A stretch of DNA of 40,000 nucleotides, taken from the NCBI RefSeq assembly GCF_055378805.1, contig NZ_AP041107.1; one strand, given 5' to 3'. The stretch's first letter is position 1, and every line of letters begins with the position of its first letter. This document shows, one piece after another, positions 20,455 through 29,339 of this stretch. Made by a program: the position numbers and the translations under genes. The notes under the pieces are model-generated. The model ran no database searches, was not told the origin of the DNA, and was given only the letters and a program-made list of their open reading frames with translations.

Positions 20455-20715
20455 ATGGACGACATTGTTTTTGCGGGGAATAGGGCGCTGTATCTGATTT
20501 TAGTTATGTCTGCAGGACCTATTGCAGTTGCGACATTCGTTGGTTTATTGGTAGGGCTTTTTCAAACGGTAACACAGTTGCAAGAACAGACGTTGCCATT
20601 TGGCGTCAAATTATTGTGCGTAAGTATTTGCTTTTTTTTAATGAGCGGATGGTATGGTGAAAAATTATATTCGTTTGGTATCGAAATGCTGAATTTAGCA
20701 TTCGCGAGAGGATAG
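20455..20715 (+). CDS. epaQ: T3SS export apparatus, SpaQ/FliQ family
   Basis: 86 aa from Met30 of the track ORF, SD CTGAGGAAAAAAAT. Two TM segments with the [33 protein letters not shown] motif. Confidence 0.93.
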   Translation: MDDIVFAGNRALYLILVMSAGPIAVATFVGLLVGLFQTVTQLQEQTLPFGVKLLCVSICFFLMSGWYGEKLYSFGIEMLNLAFARG

Positions 20716-20716
20716 C

Positions 20717-21484
20717 ATGGGGGAGGCGATGCTCTATCAGTTGCATAGTCTGCTGGCTGCTACAGCGCTCGGTTTTTGCCGATTGGCACCAACTTTCTAT
20801 TTGTTACCATTTTTCGCCAGTGGGAATATACCAACAGTAGTCCGTCATCCAATAATAATAGTGGTATCATGTGCATTAGTTCAGCATTACCACTATGAAT
20901 TATCTACCCTAAATGAAATAGATGTCGCTTTGTTTGCTGCCAGAGAAATTATCATAGGGTTGTTTATTGCTTGCTTATTAGCATCCCCATTTTGGATTTT
21001 CCTTGCTATAGGTAGCTTTATCGATAACCAACGTGGTGCAACGTTAAGTAGTACTTTGGATCCGGCTACAGGTGTCGATACATCGGAATTAGCAAGATTA
21101 TTTAACCTTTTCTCTGCAGCAGTTTATCTTACTAACGGTGGATTGAACTTTATTCTGGAGACTCTATGGCAAAGTTATAACTTATGGCCTTCAGGAAATT
21201 TTAATTTTCCTAAATTAGAGCCTTTATTCTCATATATTAATAATATAATGACTCATACTATCGTTTACGCAAGCCCCGTGATTGCGGTTATGCTGGGCGG
21301 TGAAGCTGTCCTGGGATTGCTGGCACGTTATGCTTCACAACTAAATGCTTTTGCCATCTCACTGACTGTCAAAAGTGCGCTGGCATTTTTAATATTAATT
21401 ATTTATTTTGGCCCAATACTGGCTGAACGAGTTATGCCGTTATCCTTTTTCCAAGAACAATTGCAATTATACATTGATAAATAG
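20717..21484 (+). CDS. epaR: T3SS export apparatus, SpaR/FliR family
   Basis: 255 aa, FIDNQRGATLSSTLDPATG motif typical of SpaR/EscT proteins. Confidence 0.94.
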   Translation: MGEAMLYQLHSLLAATALGFCRLAPTFYLLPFFASGNIPTVVRHPIIIVVSCALVQHYHYELSTLNEIDVALFAAREIIIGLFIACLLASPFWIFLAIGSFIDNQRGATLSSTLDPATGVDTSELARLFNLFSAAVYLTNGGLNFILETLWQSYNLWPSGNFNFPKLEPLFSYINNIMTHTIVYASPVIAVMLGGEAVLGLLARYASQLNAFAISLTVKSALAFLILIIYFGPILAERVMPLSFFQEQLQLYIDK

Positions 21485-21492
21485 AGTGTTTC

Positions 21493-22605
21493 ATGGCAAA
21501 TAAAACTGAAAAGCCAACACAAAAGAAACTCCAGGATGCTTCTAAAAAAGGTCAAATTCTAAAAAGTAGAGACTTAACAGTCTCTGTAATAATGCTTGTG
21601 GGTACTTTATATCTCGGATATGTATTTGATGTGCATCACATTATGTCGATTCTTGAATACATCCTTGATCATAACGCTAAACCGGATATTTGGGACTATT
21701 TTAAAGCTATGGGGATAGGTTGGTTGAAAACGATCATTCCTTTTTTGCTGGTTTGTATGTTTACAACAATACTTGTTTCATGGTTTCAAAGTAAAATGCA
21801 ATTAGCAACTGAAGCTATTAAGTTTAAGTTTGATTCATTAAATCCAGTAAATGGCTTAAAACGTATATTTGGCTTAAAAACCGTAAAAGAATTTGTTAAA
21901 GCAATACTTTATATTATTTTTTTTGCATTGGCGATCAAATTATTTTGGAGTAACCATAAATCACTGCTTTTTAAAACTCTTGATGGAGATATCATTTCTT
22001 TATTATCAGATTGGGGAGAGATGCTATTCCTTCTCATACTGTATTGTCTCGGCAGTATGATAATTGTCTTAATTTTTGATTTTATCGCTGAATATTTTTT
22101 ATTTATGAAAGATATGAAAATGGATAAACAAGAAGTTAAAAGAGAATACAAGGAACAAGAAGGAAGTCCAGAAATTAAGTCTAAACGCAGAGAGCGCCAT
22201 CAAGAAATTCTTTCTGAGCAATTGAAATCTGATGTCAGTAATAGCCGTTTGATGATTGCCAACCCTACTCACATTGCCATAGGGATATACTTTAAGCCAC
22301 ATCTGTCACCTATCCCATTGATTTCTGTAAGAGAAACTAATGAGGTAGCATTAGCCGTAAGGAAATATGCAAAGGAAATCGGGATACCAATTATTACAGA
22401 TAAAAAATTAGCACGAAAAATTTATGCTACCCATCGTCGCTACGATTATGTGAGCTTCGAAAATATAGATGAAATATTACGTCTTCTGCTGTGGCTTGAA
22501 GATGTGGAGAATGCCGGACAACCTGTTCCAGATGAACAGTTCTCTTCAGAAGATAAATTCATTGAGGGTGAAGACACAGAAATCGAGAATAAAGATAATA
22601 ATTGA
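21493..22605 (+). CDS. epaS: T3SS substrate-specificity switch, SpaS/FlhB family
   Basis: 370 aa with intact autocleavage motif NPTH (MIANPTHIAIGIYF). Confidence 0.95.
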   Translation: MANKTEKPTQKKLQDASKKGQILKSRDLTVSVIMLVGTLYLGYVFDVHHIMSILEYILDHNAKPDIWDYFKAMGIGWLKTIIPFLLVCMFTTILVSWFQSKMQLATEAIKFKFDSLNPVNGLKRIFGLKTVKEFVKAILYIIFFALAIKLFWSNHKSLLFKTLDGDIISLLSDWGEMLFLLILYCLGSMIIVLIFDFIAEYFLFMKDMKMDKQEVKREYKEQEGSPEIKSKRRERHQEILSEQLKSDVSNSRLMIANPTHIAIGIYFKPHLSPIPLISVRETNEVALAVRKYAKEIGIPIITDKKLARKIYATHRRYDYVSFENIDEILRLLLWLEDVENAGQPVPDEQFSSEDKFIEGEDTEIENKDNN

Positions 22606-22675
22606 ATAAATTAATTTCTATCGTAGTCAGATATTTAAAAATAATCTACACGCAAAAAGCGTGTAGATTCATTAT

Positions 22676-22969
22676 TTAATGAGTTAAACGATCTTGCGAA
22701 ATGAGAAGCAATTGATACATACTCATCTCTTTATAAGCTGGAACTGTAGTAACCTGTGCAAATTCGCGATATAGCTTTTGCTCCAGTTCTGCTGAAGATA
22801 TATATTCCGGGTGTTCGCTAAAGAACTGTCTTGCATCTACTATCGCTTGGGATTCGCCACTTCTTTTATTTTGATTCTCCTTTAATGAATTTTCTCTGGT
22901 GCATGCAGAGAGCAACGATATCAGCGCGACAGTTATTATGATTTTACTATTATATCTTACTAATGACAT
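22676..22969 (-). CDS. Small lipoprotein, InvH-like pilotin candidate
   Basis: 97 aa with lipobox LLSAC. C-terminal ARQFFSEHPEYISSAELEQKLYREFAQVTTVPAYKEMSMYQLLLISQDRL resembles the C-terminal region of Salmonella InvH. Starts 1 nt after the etrA stop. Confidence 0.7.
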   Translation of the reverse strand: MSLVRYNSKIIITVALISLLSACTRENSLKENQNKRSGESQAIVDARQFFSEHPEYISSAELEQKLYREFAQVTTVPAYKEMSMYQLLLISQDRLTH

Positions 22970-22970
22970 A

Positions 22971-23471
22971 TCAACTTTCTCTTATGCAAGATTGGAGTTT
23001 AAAATAATGTTTATCCCATTCACAGAGTGCTATAAACAACTCAACAGTACCTTTTATGTTAAGTTTATTTAGGGCTCTTATTTTGTGATATGATACTGTT
23101 TTATAATCAATTCCTTTGATAATGGCTATTTGTTTTAACGAATAAGAAACACATAACCGCAGGATATCTATCTCATCATGGGTAAGTGGTTCTTGAGTGG
23201 AATACACATTTTGTGTATGAAGATTCGAAACCAGAAAATGCGTTAAATCAGATAATGTAATATTCTTATTGATCCTGATGAAATTGTTGCTCAAAAGGGT
23301 GTTTACAGGTTCTGTATTTGGTTTGAGATTTCGATGTTGGTGCTCATCAATTACAACGAACGAATGTCCAAGATCAACCAACGCAACCAAATCGCTGTAA
23401 TATTCCTTTTGGGATGCTAATAATGCATTAGTGCCTACAGTGAAGTAGACATCACTGGAAAAGACTTGCAT
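22971..23471 (-). CDS. etrA: LuxR-type HTH regulator of the ETT2 cluster
   Basis: 166 aa with C-terminal HTH (LTHDEIDILRLCVSYSLKQIAIIKGIDYKTVSYHKIRALNKLNIKGTVEL), divergent from eprH. Gene symbol assigned from recalled synteny. Confidence 0.7.
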   Translation of the reverse strand: MQVFSSDVYFTVGTNALLASQKEYYSDLVALVDLGHSFVVIDEHQHRNLKPNTEPVNTLLSNNFIRINKNITLSDLTHFLVSNLHTQNVYSTQEPLTHDEIDILRLCVSYSLKQIAIIKGIDYKTVSYHKIRALNKLNIKGTVELFIALCEWDKHYFKLQSCIRES

Positions 23472-23720
23472 ATGCCAACCTGCACTCTAAAATCATTTAG
23501 GGTAAATATTACGTGTAAAATTTAAAATAATGGTAATTGTTATATTTGCATATCAATGAGGGAATAGGGTGTATACCTTAAATTGCAAATAAAGTTATGT
23601 ATGTAGGAATTTAAAATGGTTCTCGAAAATTATAATCTTTTTATTGTGTGTCATCATAATTTGGTCATGAAATTTCCGTCTTGTTACACTACTCTAAACT
23701 AGAGCTTATGGAATTAGCGG

Positions 23721-24911
23721 GTGGTATTCATGGAAAATAATGATAAATTCTTATCACAAGACTTATTGGAATCTTATGCCATTCGTTTATTGAGCGGACC
23801 ATTGAATGGATGCGAGTATGAAATACTTAATGGGCGTGTACTCGTTATCGTTGGTAATGATGTTTCGTTAGGAAGAAGTGATTCTTTTTCTGAGTTACCA
23901 GAGAATACGATAGTCATTCCTTATGGAGAGCTTACAGGCAGTTTTGAGGTAATAATCACTACAGACCCTGATCTGGTTGTAACAATCAGAGAATTAACAG
24001 CACAAGAATCTGAAGATAGAACGTTAACATTGAATCAGCAAATAGAAGTTTTAGGCCTCAAATTTGCTGTAAAAGTAAAAAATGAAGTTTGGCAGTATTC
24101 AATACCAGGTATTGTTGAAAATAACATTACTTCAACAAGACAACATTTCTTTAGAAGTACGCTGTTTAAATATGTAACGCTATTTTTTCTTTTTGCTATC
24201 ATTTTTATAGCTTTTTATATTGTTAATGCCAGTAATGATCCGCAGCTGAGACATATCGATAAAATTCTTGTAAACAAAAATAGAAATTATGAAATTTTAT
24301 ATGGTAGGGATCATGTCATCTATATCAATACCAATAGTTTGGATGAAGCTGTCTGGGTCAAACAAGCACTGGAAAAAAATCAACCAGGAAAGCCAGTACG
24401 GGTGATAAATCCTGATGATGAATCGATACGAATTTTTTCATGGCTTGCTGATAATTTCCCAGATCTACAATATTTTAAACTACAGCTATTAGATGCCAGT
24501 AATCCAAGACTGACAGTGAGTAAGCAACGGAATGCTATCACACAGCAACTAATCGATAATCTTATTAAAGGATTACTGCAAACTATGCCATATGCCAGCA
24601 ATATAAGTATTGCGGTATTAGATGATAATGTATTGGAAAGTCAGGCAATTGAAACATTGTCGGCAATAGGTCTTTCTTATGAAAAATATAAAACAGCTAA
24701 CAATGTATATTTCAATATCATTGGTACGTTAAGCGACAGTGAATTAAATAAAATTAATAACTATGTCGACGAATATTATAAACAATGGGGTAAACAATAT
24801 GTAAGATTTAATGTGAATTTGAAAAATCAGGATAAAAATAATAGTTCATTTAGCTACGGAGATAACCGATTCGAGAAGTCTCAAGGTAGCAAGTGGACAT
24901 TTCAGGAATAA
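23721..24911 (+). CDS. eprH: T3SS inner-membrane ring protein, PrgH homologue
   Basis: 396 aa, single TM (YVTLFFLFAIIFIAFYIVN), FHA-like N-terminus, precedes the needle gene. Confidence 0.92.
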   Translation: MVFMENNDKFLSQDLLESYAIRLLSGPLNGCEYEILNGRVLVIVGNDVSLGRSDSFSELPENTIVIPYGELTGSFEVIITTDPDLVVTIRELTAQESEDRTLTLNQQIEVLGLKFAVKVKNEVWQYSIPGIVENNITSTRQHFFRSTLFKYVTLFFLFAIIFIAFYIVNASNDPQLRHIDKILVNKNRNYEILYGRDHVIYINTNSLDEAVWVKQALEKNQPGKPVRVINPDDESIRIFSWLADNFPDLQYFKLQLLDASNPRLTVSKQRNAITQQLIDNLIKGLLQTMPYASNISIAVLDDNVLESQAIETLSAIGLSYEKYKTANNVYFNIIGTLSDSELNKINNYVDEYYKQWGKQYVRFNVNLKNQDKNNSSFSYGDNRFEKSQGSKWTFQE

Positions 24912-24924
24912 TTGAGGAGGACTT

Positions 24925-25164
24925 ATGGCAGATTGGAATGGTTATATTATGGATATCAGCAAACAATTTGATCAGGGCGTTGATGATCTGAACCAACAAG
25001 TTGAAAAGGCGTTGGAGGATTTAGCAACCAATCCTTCCGACCCGAAATTCCTTGCCGAATATCAGAGTGCATTAGCTGAGTATACATTATATCGAAATGC
25101 GCAATCTAACGTTGTAAAAGCGTATAAAGATCTTGATTCGGCAATCATACAAAACTTCCGCTAA
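24925..25164 (+). CDS. eprI: T3SS needle protein, PrgI/MxiH family
   Basis: 79 aa, MADWNGYIMDISKQF...NPSDPKFLAEYQSALAEYTLYRNAQSNVVKAYKDLDSAIIQNFR. Confidence 0.95.
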   Translation: MADWNGYIMDISKQFDQGVDDLNQQVEKALEDLATNPSDPKFLAEYQSALAEYTLYRNAQSNVVKAYKDLDSAIIQNFR

Positions 25165-25183
25165 ACTGGATAAGGATTTTATT

Positions 25184-25516
25184 ATGTCAGTAAGCAATAT
25201 GCCACCTATTGATAGAGCTGAGCAATCAGCTGCTCGTGAAATACAGCAAGCGAAAGTTATTGATTTAAATGACCGGGTTCTCAATCTTGATAACCCGGAT
25301 GATAAAATGATCTCCGCTTTTGCCAACTATGCGGTACAAACTGAAAATTGGCAGCAAAATGCGTTACAAGCATTAAGGTCTGATAAAAAGGGGTTAACTC
25401 CTGAAAAATTATTAGTCTTGCAGGATCATGTGCTTAATTATAATGTCGAGGTTTCATTGGTGGGAACATTAGCAAGAAAAATTGTCGCTGCAGTTGAGAC
25501 GTTGACTCGCTCATGA
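25184..25516 (+). CDS. eprJ: T3SS inner rod protein, PrgJ family
   Basis: 110 aa from the ATG at 25184. C-terminal LVGTLARKIVAAVETLTRS matches the PrgJ-type ending. Confidence 0.9.
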   Translation: MSVSNMPPIDRAEQSAAREIQQAKVIDLNDRVLNLDNPDDKMISAFANYAVQTENWQQNALQALRSDKKGLTPEKLLVLQDHVLNYNVEVSLVGTLARKIVAAVETLTRS

Positions 25517-26247
25517 AATATATATCATTATTCTTGTTTATCCTGCTGTTGTGCGGTTGCAAGCAGCAGGAATTACTGAACCATCTTGATCAACAGCAAG
25601 CTAATGATGTCCTTGCTGTTTTACAAAGACATAATATTAATGCTGAGAAGAAGGATCAAGGCAAAACTGGATTTTCAATCTATGTAGAACCAACGGATTT
25701 TGCTTCTGCGGTGGATTGGCTAAAAATCTACAATCTCCCGGGTAAGCCTGATATTCAAATATCGCAGATGTTCCCTGCAGATGCACTCGTTTCCTCTCCA
25801 CGAGCGGAAAAAGCAAGATTGTATTCTGCTATTGAACAGCGTTTAGAGCAATCTCTCAAAATTATGGATGGCATTGTTTCTTCAAGAGTACATGTTAGTT
25901 ACGATGTTGATACAGGTGATAGTGGCAAAACTGCTTTACCAATTCATATTTCTGTACTTGCTGTATATGAAAAAGATATCAATCCAGAAATAAAAATAAA
26001 TGACATTAAGAGATTTATTGTTAATAGCTTTGCAAGCGTACAATATGAGAATATTTCAGTCGTATTGTCAAAACGAAGAGATATTATTGAACAAGCACCA
26101 ACATATGAAATTAACGAACCTATTTTTGCTTATGATAAGACTATGCCGGTTTCTATCTTACTTGCATTAATGTCCATTGCGACTTGCTGGCTGTTATGGA
26201 AGTACAGGGCTATTATAACTAATTTAATCAGGTTAAAAAATAAGTAG
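25513..26247 (+). CDS. eprK: T3SS inner-ring lipoprotein, PrgK/MxiJ/FliF family
   Basis: 244 aa, lipobox LLCGCK, LPGKPDIQISQMFPADALVSSPRAEKARLYSAIEQRLEQSL and a C-terminal TM. Confidence 0.94.
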   Translation: MKYISLFLFILLLCGCKQQELLNHLDQQQANDVLAVLQRHNINAEKKDQGKTGFSIYVEPTDFASAVDWLKIYNLPGKPDIQISQMFPADALVSSPRAEKARLYSAIEQRLEQSLKIMDGIVSSRVHVSYDVDTGDSGKTALPIHISVLAVYEKDINPEIKINDIKRFIVNSFASVQYENISVVLSKRRDIIEQAPTYEINEPIFAYDKTMPVSILLALMSIATCWLLWKYRAIITNLIRLKNK

Positions 26248-26262
26248 ACATATGAGAACGTT

Positions 26263-26844
26263 ATGAATCTTGCCCTAAGAAAAATTATATATGATCCAAT
26301 TAGTTATATTCATCCCCAACGAGTAAGTTTGAATAATGCACGTATTAGCAATCCGGTACTTAGATCTATTACCAATGAAATGATACTCCTACAGTACAAT
26401 CTTTCAGTTGAGCATTTCAGTCTGAATAGTTCACTTATTTACTACATAAACAATTGGAAATTATTTCCATTGATCTGTTTACTCAGTGGTTGTCACTTTT
26501 ATCGAGAAAGGTTTGCAGAACGCGGATTTTTTTACAAGGTTCCTGATGTGCTAAGGAATTATTTATCAGCTATACCGGTGGAAATAAATGAAAAGGCACG
26601 ATATAAACCTGGTATCGTTAACTATCAGAATATCATCACATGTGGTTTTTCAACGTTGTTGCCCTATCTAAGGCAACAACCGTTGGCAATGCAGCAACGA
26701 TTTAATTTATTATTTCCTGATTTTGTTGACCACATACAATTGCCGTTACCACTTGCGTCTACTCTTTTGGAGAGAATTACATTTTATGCGAAAAAAAATA
26801 GAGATGAGCTTGATAAACTCTCCTGCAAATGGTGTTGTGATTAA
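26263..26844 (+). CDS. T3SS sorting-platform protein, OrgA homologue
   Basis: 193 aa immediately after eprK (IIYDPISYIHPQRV...LTNEMILLQYNLSVEHFSL...). OrgA position and size. Confidence 0.75.
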   Translation: MNLALRKIIYDPISYIHPQRVSLNNARISNPVLRSITNEMILLQYNLSVEHFSLNSSLIYYINNWKLFPLICLLSGCHFYRERFAERGFFYKVPDVLRNYLSAIPVEINEKARYKPGIVNYQNIITCGFSTLLPYLRQQPLAMQQRFNLLFPDFVDHIQLPLPLASTLLERITFYAKKNRDELDKLSCKWCCD

Positions 26845-27493
26845 AAGAATAATTTCTGATGGATTGAAAGAAATAGTTTCTCTAAAAGAACAGATCCTTC
26901 TTGAAACCACCGCAAAAATTCAGAGTATTGAGGAAAAGAGAGAAGAAAAAGTTATTCAAGGTTATTATGATGGCTATGCGAAAGGCATTATTGATGTGAT
27001 GGATAATTTTATACCCTTGATAAGTTTGCTGAGCTCAGAATTAGAAAAAAACAGAATAAATATGATAAACGATCTGAAGAGCATATTGTTAAAATCTTCA
27101 GAGGAAGTTGAAGTTTTTATCAAAATTTTTGAAAGTTGGGTAACAAAATTACCGTCAATATCAGGCCCTTTAAATCTCTATATACCTACCAGTTTCAAAG
27201 ATAAGTCTATTGAAGTAGAGTCATATTTTGTCGACAAGTCAATATGGAATGTCCATATTTCATATCATGATGACAAACGTTTTGTTTTTTTTACAGATCA
27301 ATTTATTGCTGAATTTAGTCCGCAGGAATTTGTGGATAATTGTGAGCAATATTTAATTAGCAATCACTGTTTTTCCCCTGACAAGGTTAATGAAATCTGT
27401 GAACATGCCAGACATTATTTAGTTGAAAGAATGTGTGAAATAGATTCTTTGGCTATGAATAATTCTGATTTGACGACCCCAGAGGACTTATAG
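26786..27493 (+). CDS. T3SS stator, OrgB/FliH-like
   Basis: 235 aa from the internal ATG at 26786, overlapping the OrgA homologue. Charged helical N-terminus (SLKEQILLETTAKIQSIEEKREEKVIQGYYDGYAKG), OrgB position. Confidence 0.75.
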   Translation: MRKKIEMSLINSPANGVVIKRIISDGLKEIVSLKEQILLETTAKIQSIEEKREEKVIQGYYDGYAKGIIDVMDNFIPLISLLSSELEKNRINMINDLKSILLKSSEEVEVFIKIFESWVTKLPSISGPLNLYIPTSFKDKSIEVESYFVDKSIWNVHISYHDDKRFVFFTDQFIAEFSPQEFVDNCEQYLISNHCFSPDKVNEICEHARHYLVERMCEIDSLAMNNSDLTTPEDL

Positions 27494-27715
27494 ATCACTG
27501 TCTCCGGCTTAATGACTTGAATATAATCTAATTCTAATATTTTAAACGCCTAATGATTTTTCAAAACGGGTGTTATTCTGCTTACGCAAAAATTTTATTA
27601 TTAATTATATTTCATTATTATTTCATCAATGTATTCTTTGGATTTTGCTTATAATAATAATGGAAGGGATGATTATAAATGAATGCGTTATAGCATTTAC
27701 ACTCAGGATGAATAT

Positions 27716-28348
27716 ATGGGAAAGATTAAAATTGTAGTTTCAGATCAGCAGCCGTTTATGATTGATGGGATAATTGGATTTCTCGGACATTATCCCGATT
27801 TATATGAGGTTGTTGGGGGCTATAAAGATCTGAAGAAAGCTATCGCGGAGTGTAACAAATCTGCAGCCCAAATATTTATTTTAGGAGAATTTGCAGGTGG
27901 AATGATGGGGTCCGAACTCATTAAATGGGTTAAATCGCATAAAATAGATGCTCATATTATTACATTTGTAGCAAAAATGCCGTATATTGATTCAATAAAA
28001 TTACTTGAAGCCGGTGCAAAAGGATGCGTATGGAAAACCAGTCACCCGGCAAAACTAAATCGCGCTATTGATTCGATTAGTAATGGTTACACTTATTTTG
28101 ATAGTGTACACATGGATTGTGAAAAAATATCTTCAAGATATTCCTCTGATAATCAACTTACAAATCGTGAGTCTGAAATACTACAACTCATAGCTGATGG
28201 AAAAACAAACAAAGAAATCGCTAATTTCTTGCAGTTAAGCAGGAAAACAGTCGAAACTCATAGACTCAATATCATGAAGAAATTAGATGTTCACAGTGGT
28301 ATCGAGTTGATCAAAACAGCTTTACGTATGGGTGTTTGCACTATATAA
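27716..28348 (+). CDS. ygeK: NarL/FixJ-type regulator with degenerate receiver domain
   Basis: 210 aa from ATG 27716. N-terminal receiver-like fold and C-terminal LuxR HTH ([43 protein letters not shown]). Confidence 0.85.
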   Translation: MGKIKIVVSDQQPFMIDGIIGFLGHYPDLYEVVGGYKDLKKAIAECNKSAAQIFILGEFAGGMMGSELIKWVKSHKIDAHIITFVAKMPYIDSIKLLEAGAKGCVWKTSHPAKLNRAIDSISNGYTYFDSVHMDCEKISSRYSSDNQLTNRESEILQLIADGKTNKEIANFLQLSRKTVETHRLNIMKKLDVHSGIELIKTALRMGVCTI

Positions 28349-28383
28349 AAAAAAGAGGCTTTAGGCTTATTTTGCTAAAGCCT
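28344..28383 (-). terminator. Rho-independent terminator for the lytic transglycosylase gene
   Basis: 9-bp stem AGGCTTTAG/CTAAAGCCT (28356-28364/28375-28383), followed on the minus strand by CTCTTTTTTTT. Overlaps the gene's stop codon. Confidence 0.7.
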
Positions 28384-28870
28384 TACGCTTGTCTATTTCA
28401 TTAAGTCTGGTATATACAACATATATTTTTTTTGCATATTGCAGCCTCTTTTTTTTGTTTTCCATTGCAAAACCCGCGTTATATGTCCCCAGACATTGCC
28501 ACGTTACCCCACAACGTGAAAAATGATTATATAAAATCTCGGTCCCTATTTTAATGTTCAGACAGGGGTTATCTAACAAATCTCGTTCATCTTTTATTAT
28601 TCCACGTTTTTTTAACATGGGAATGTGCATCTGGTTTATCTGCATTAAACCATAATCAACACTCTTTATATTGTTTTTCTTATCCCTGTTTTTGCCGATG
28701 CTATCATTTTTTAAATTACTTTCAACAAGAGCGATAGCTTTGATCAAATTTGGTTCGATTCTGAAAATTGATCCTGCTTCATTAAAGCAAGCGCTACTGG
28801 CGAAAGACATTTTTGTAATTAATATAGAAAACATGAAGATGGATAAGATTTTAACTTTGGGTAAGCGCAT
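28367..28870 (-). CDS. pbl: Specialised lytic transglycosylase, IagB/IpgF-like (pbl)
   Basis: 167 aa with signal peptide, ALVESNLK, YGLMQIN, LGTYNAG transglycosylase motifs. Adjacent to a HilA-like gene as with iagB. Confidence 0.88.
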   Translation of the reverse strand: MRLPKVKILSIFMFSILITKMSFASSACFNEAGSIFRIEPNLIKAIALVESNLKNDSIGKNRDKKNNIKSVDYGLMQINQMHIPMLKKRGIIKDERDLLDNPCLNIKIGTEILYNHFSRCGVTWQCLGTYNAGFAMENKKKRLQYAKKIYVVYTRLNEIDKRKALAK

Positions 28871-28953
28871 ATATTTTTATGTGTAGGATTGAAGGAAAGG
28901 AACGAGATACTAATATATTCAGTATCTCGTTAATCATTTAAGTGGTCAATTAT

Positions 28954-29172
28954 CTACCATTCCAGTTCATAGTAAGGAGAGATAGGATTATCTTTCGAAT
29001 ACATATCATTTTGAAAAGATGCCATCCATGTTGAAACTATAAATGCTTGTATTTGATCTGTATCAGTAGTACTGGTGGTGATGTGTTTATCTAATGAAAC
29101 GACTTCATCACCCGTTGCGGTTGCTATATTTAAACTTTGAGAAAAATTATTCATATTGATTGGATTAGTCAT
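28954..29172 (-). CDS. ygeI: Small protein YgeI
   Basis: 72 aa from Met15 (MTNPINMNNFSQSLNIATATGDEVVSLDKHITTSTTDTDQIQAFIVSTWMASFQNDMYSKDNPISPYYELEW). Located between the iagB-like and hilA-like genes. Confidence 0.75.
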   Translation of the reverse strand: MTNPINMNNFSQSLNIATATGDEVVSLDKHITTSTTDTDQIQAFIVSTWMASFQNDMYSKDNPISPYYELEW

Positions 29173-29339
29173 AAAGTTCCCTTTTTTATTTGTCCAGGCC
29201 AATAGCCTATACACAATACTTTTTAATCTAGAGTATTTGATATATATTGCAATAAGGTAATTATCTTAGATGTTTTCATCTCTGTTGTTTACATAACCAG
29301 TTGCATGCATCTAAACAATAAAATTGCGACAATAAAGAT

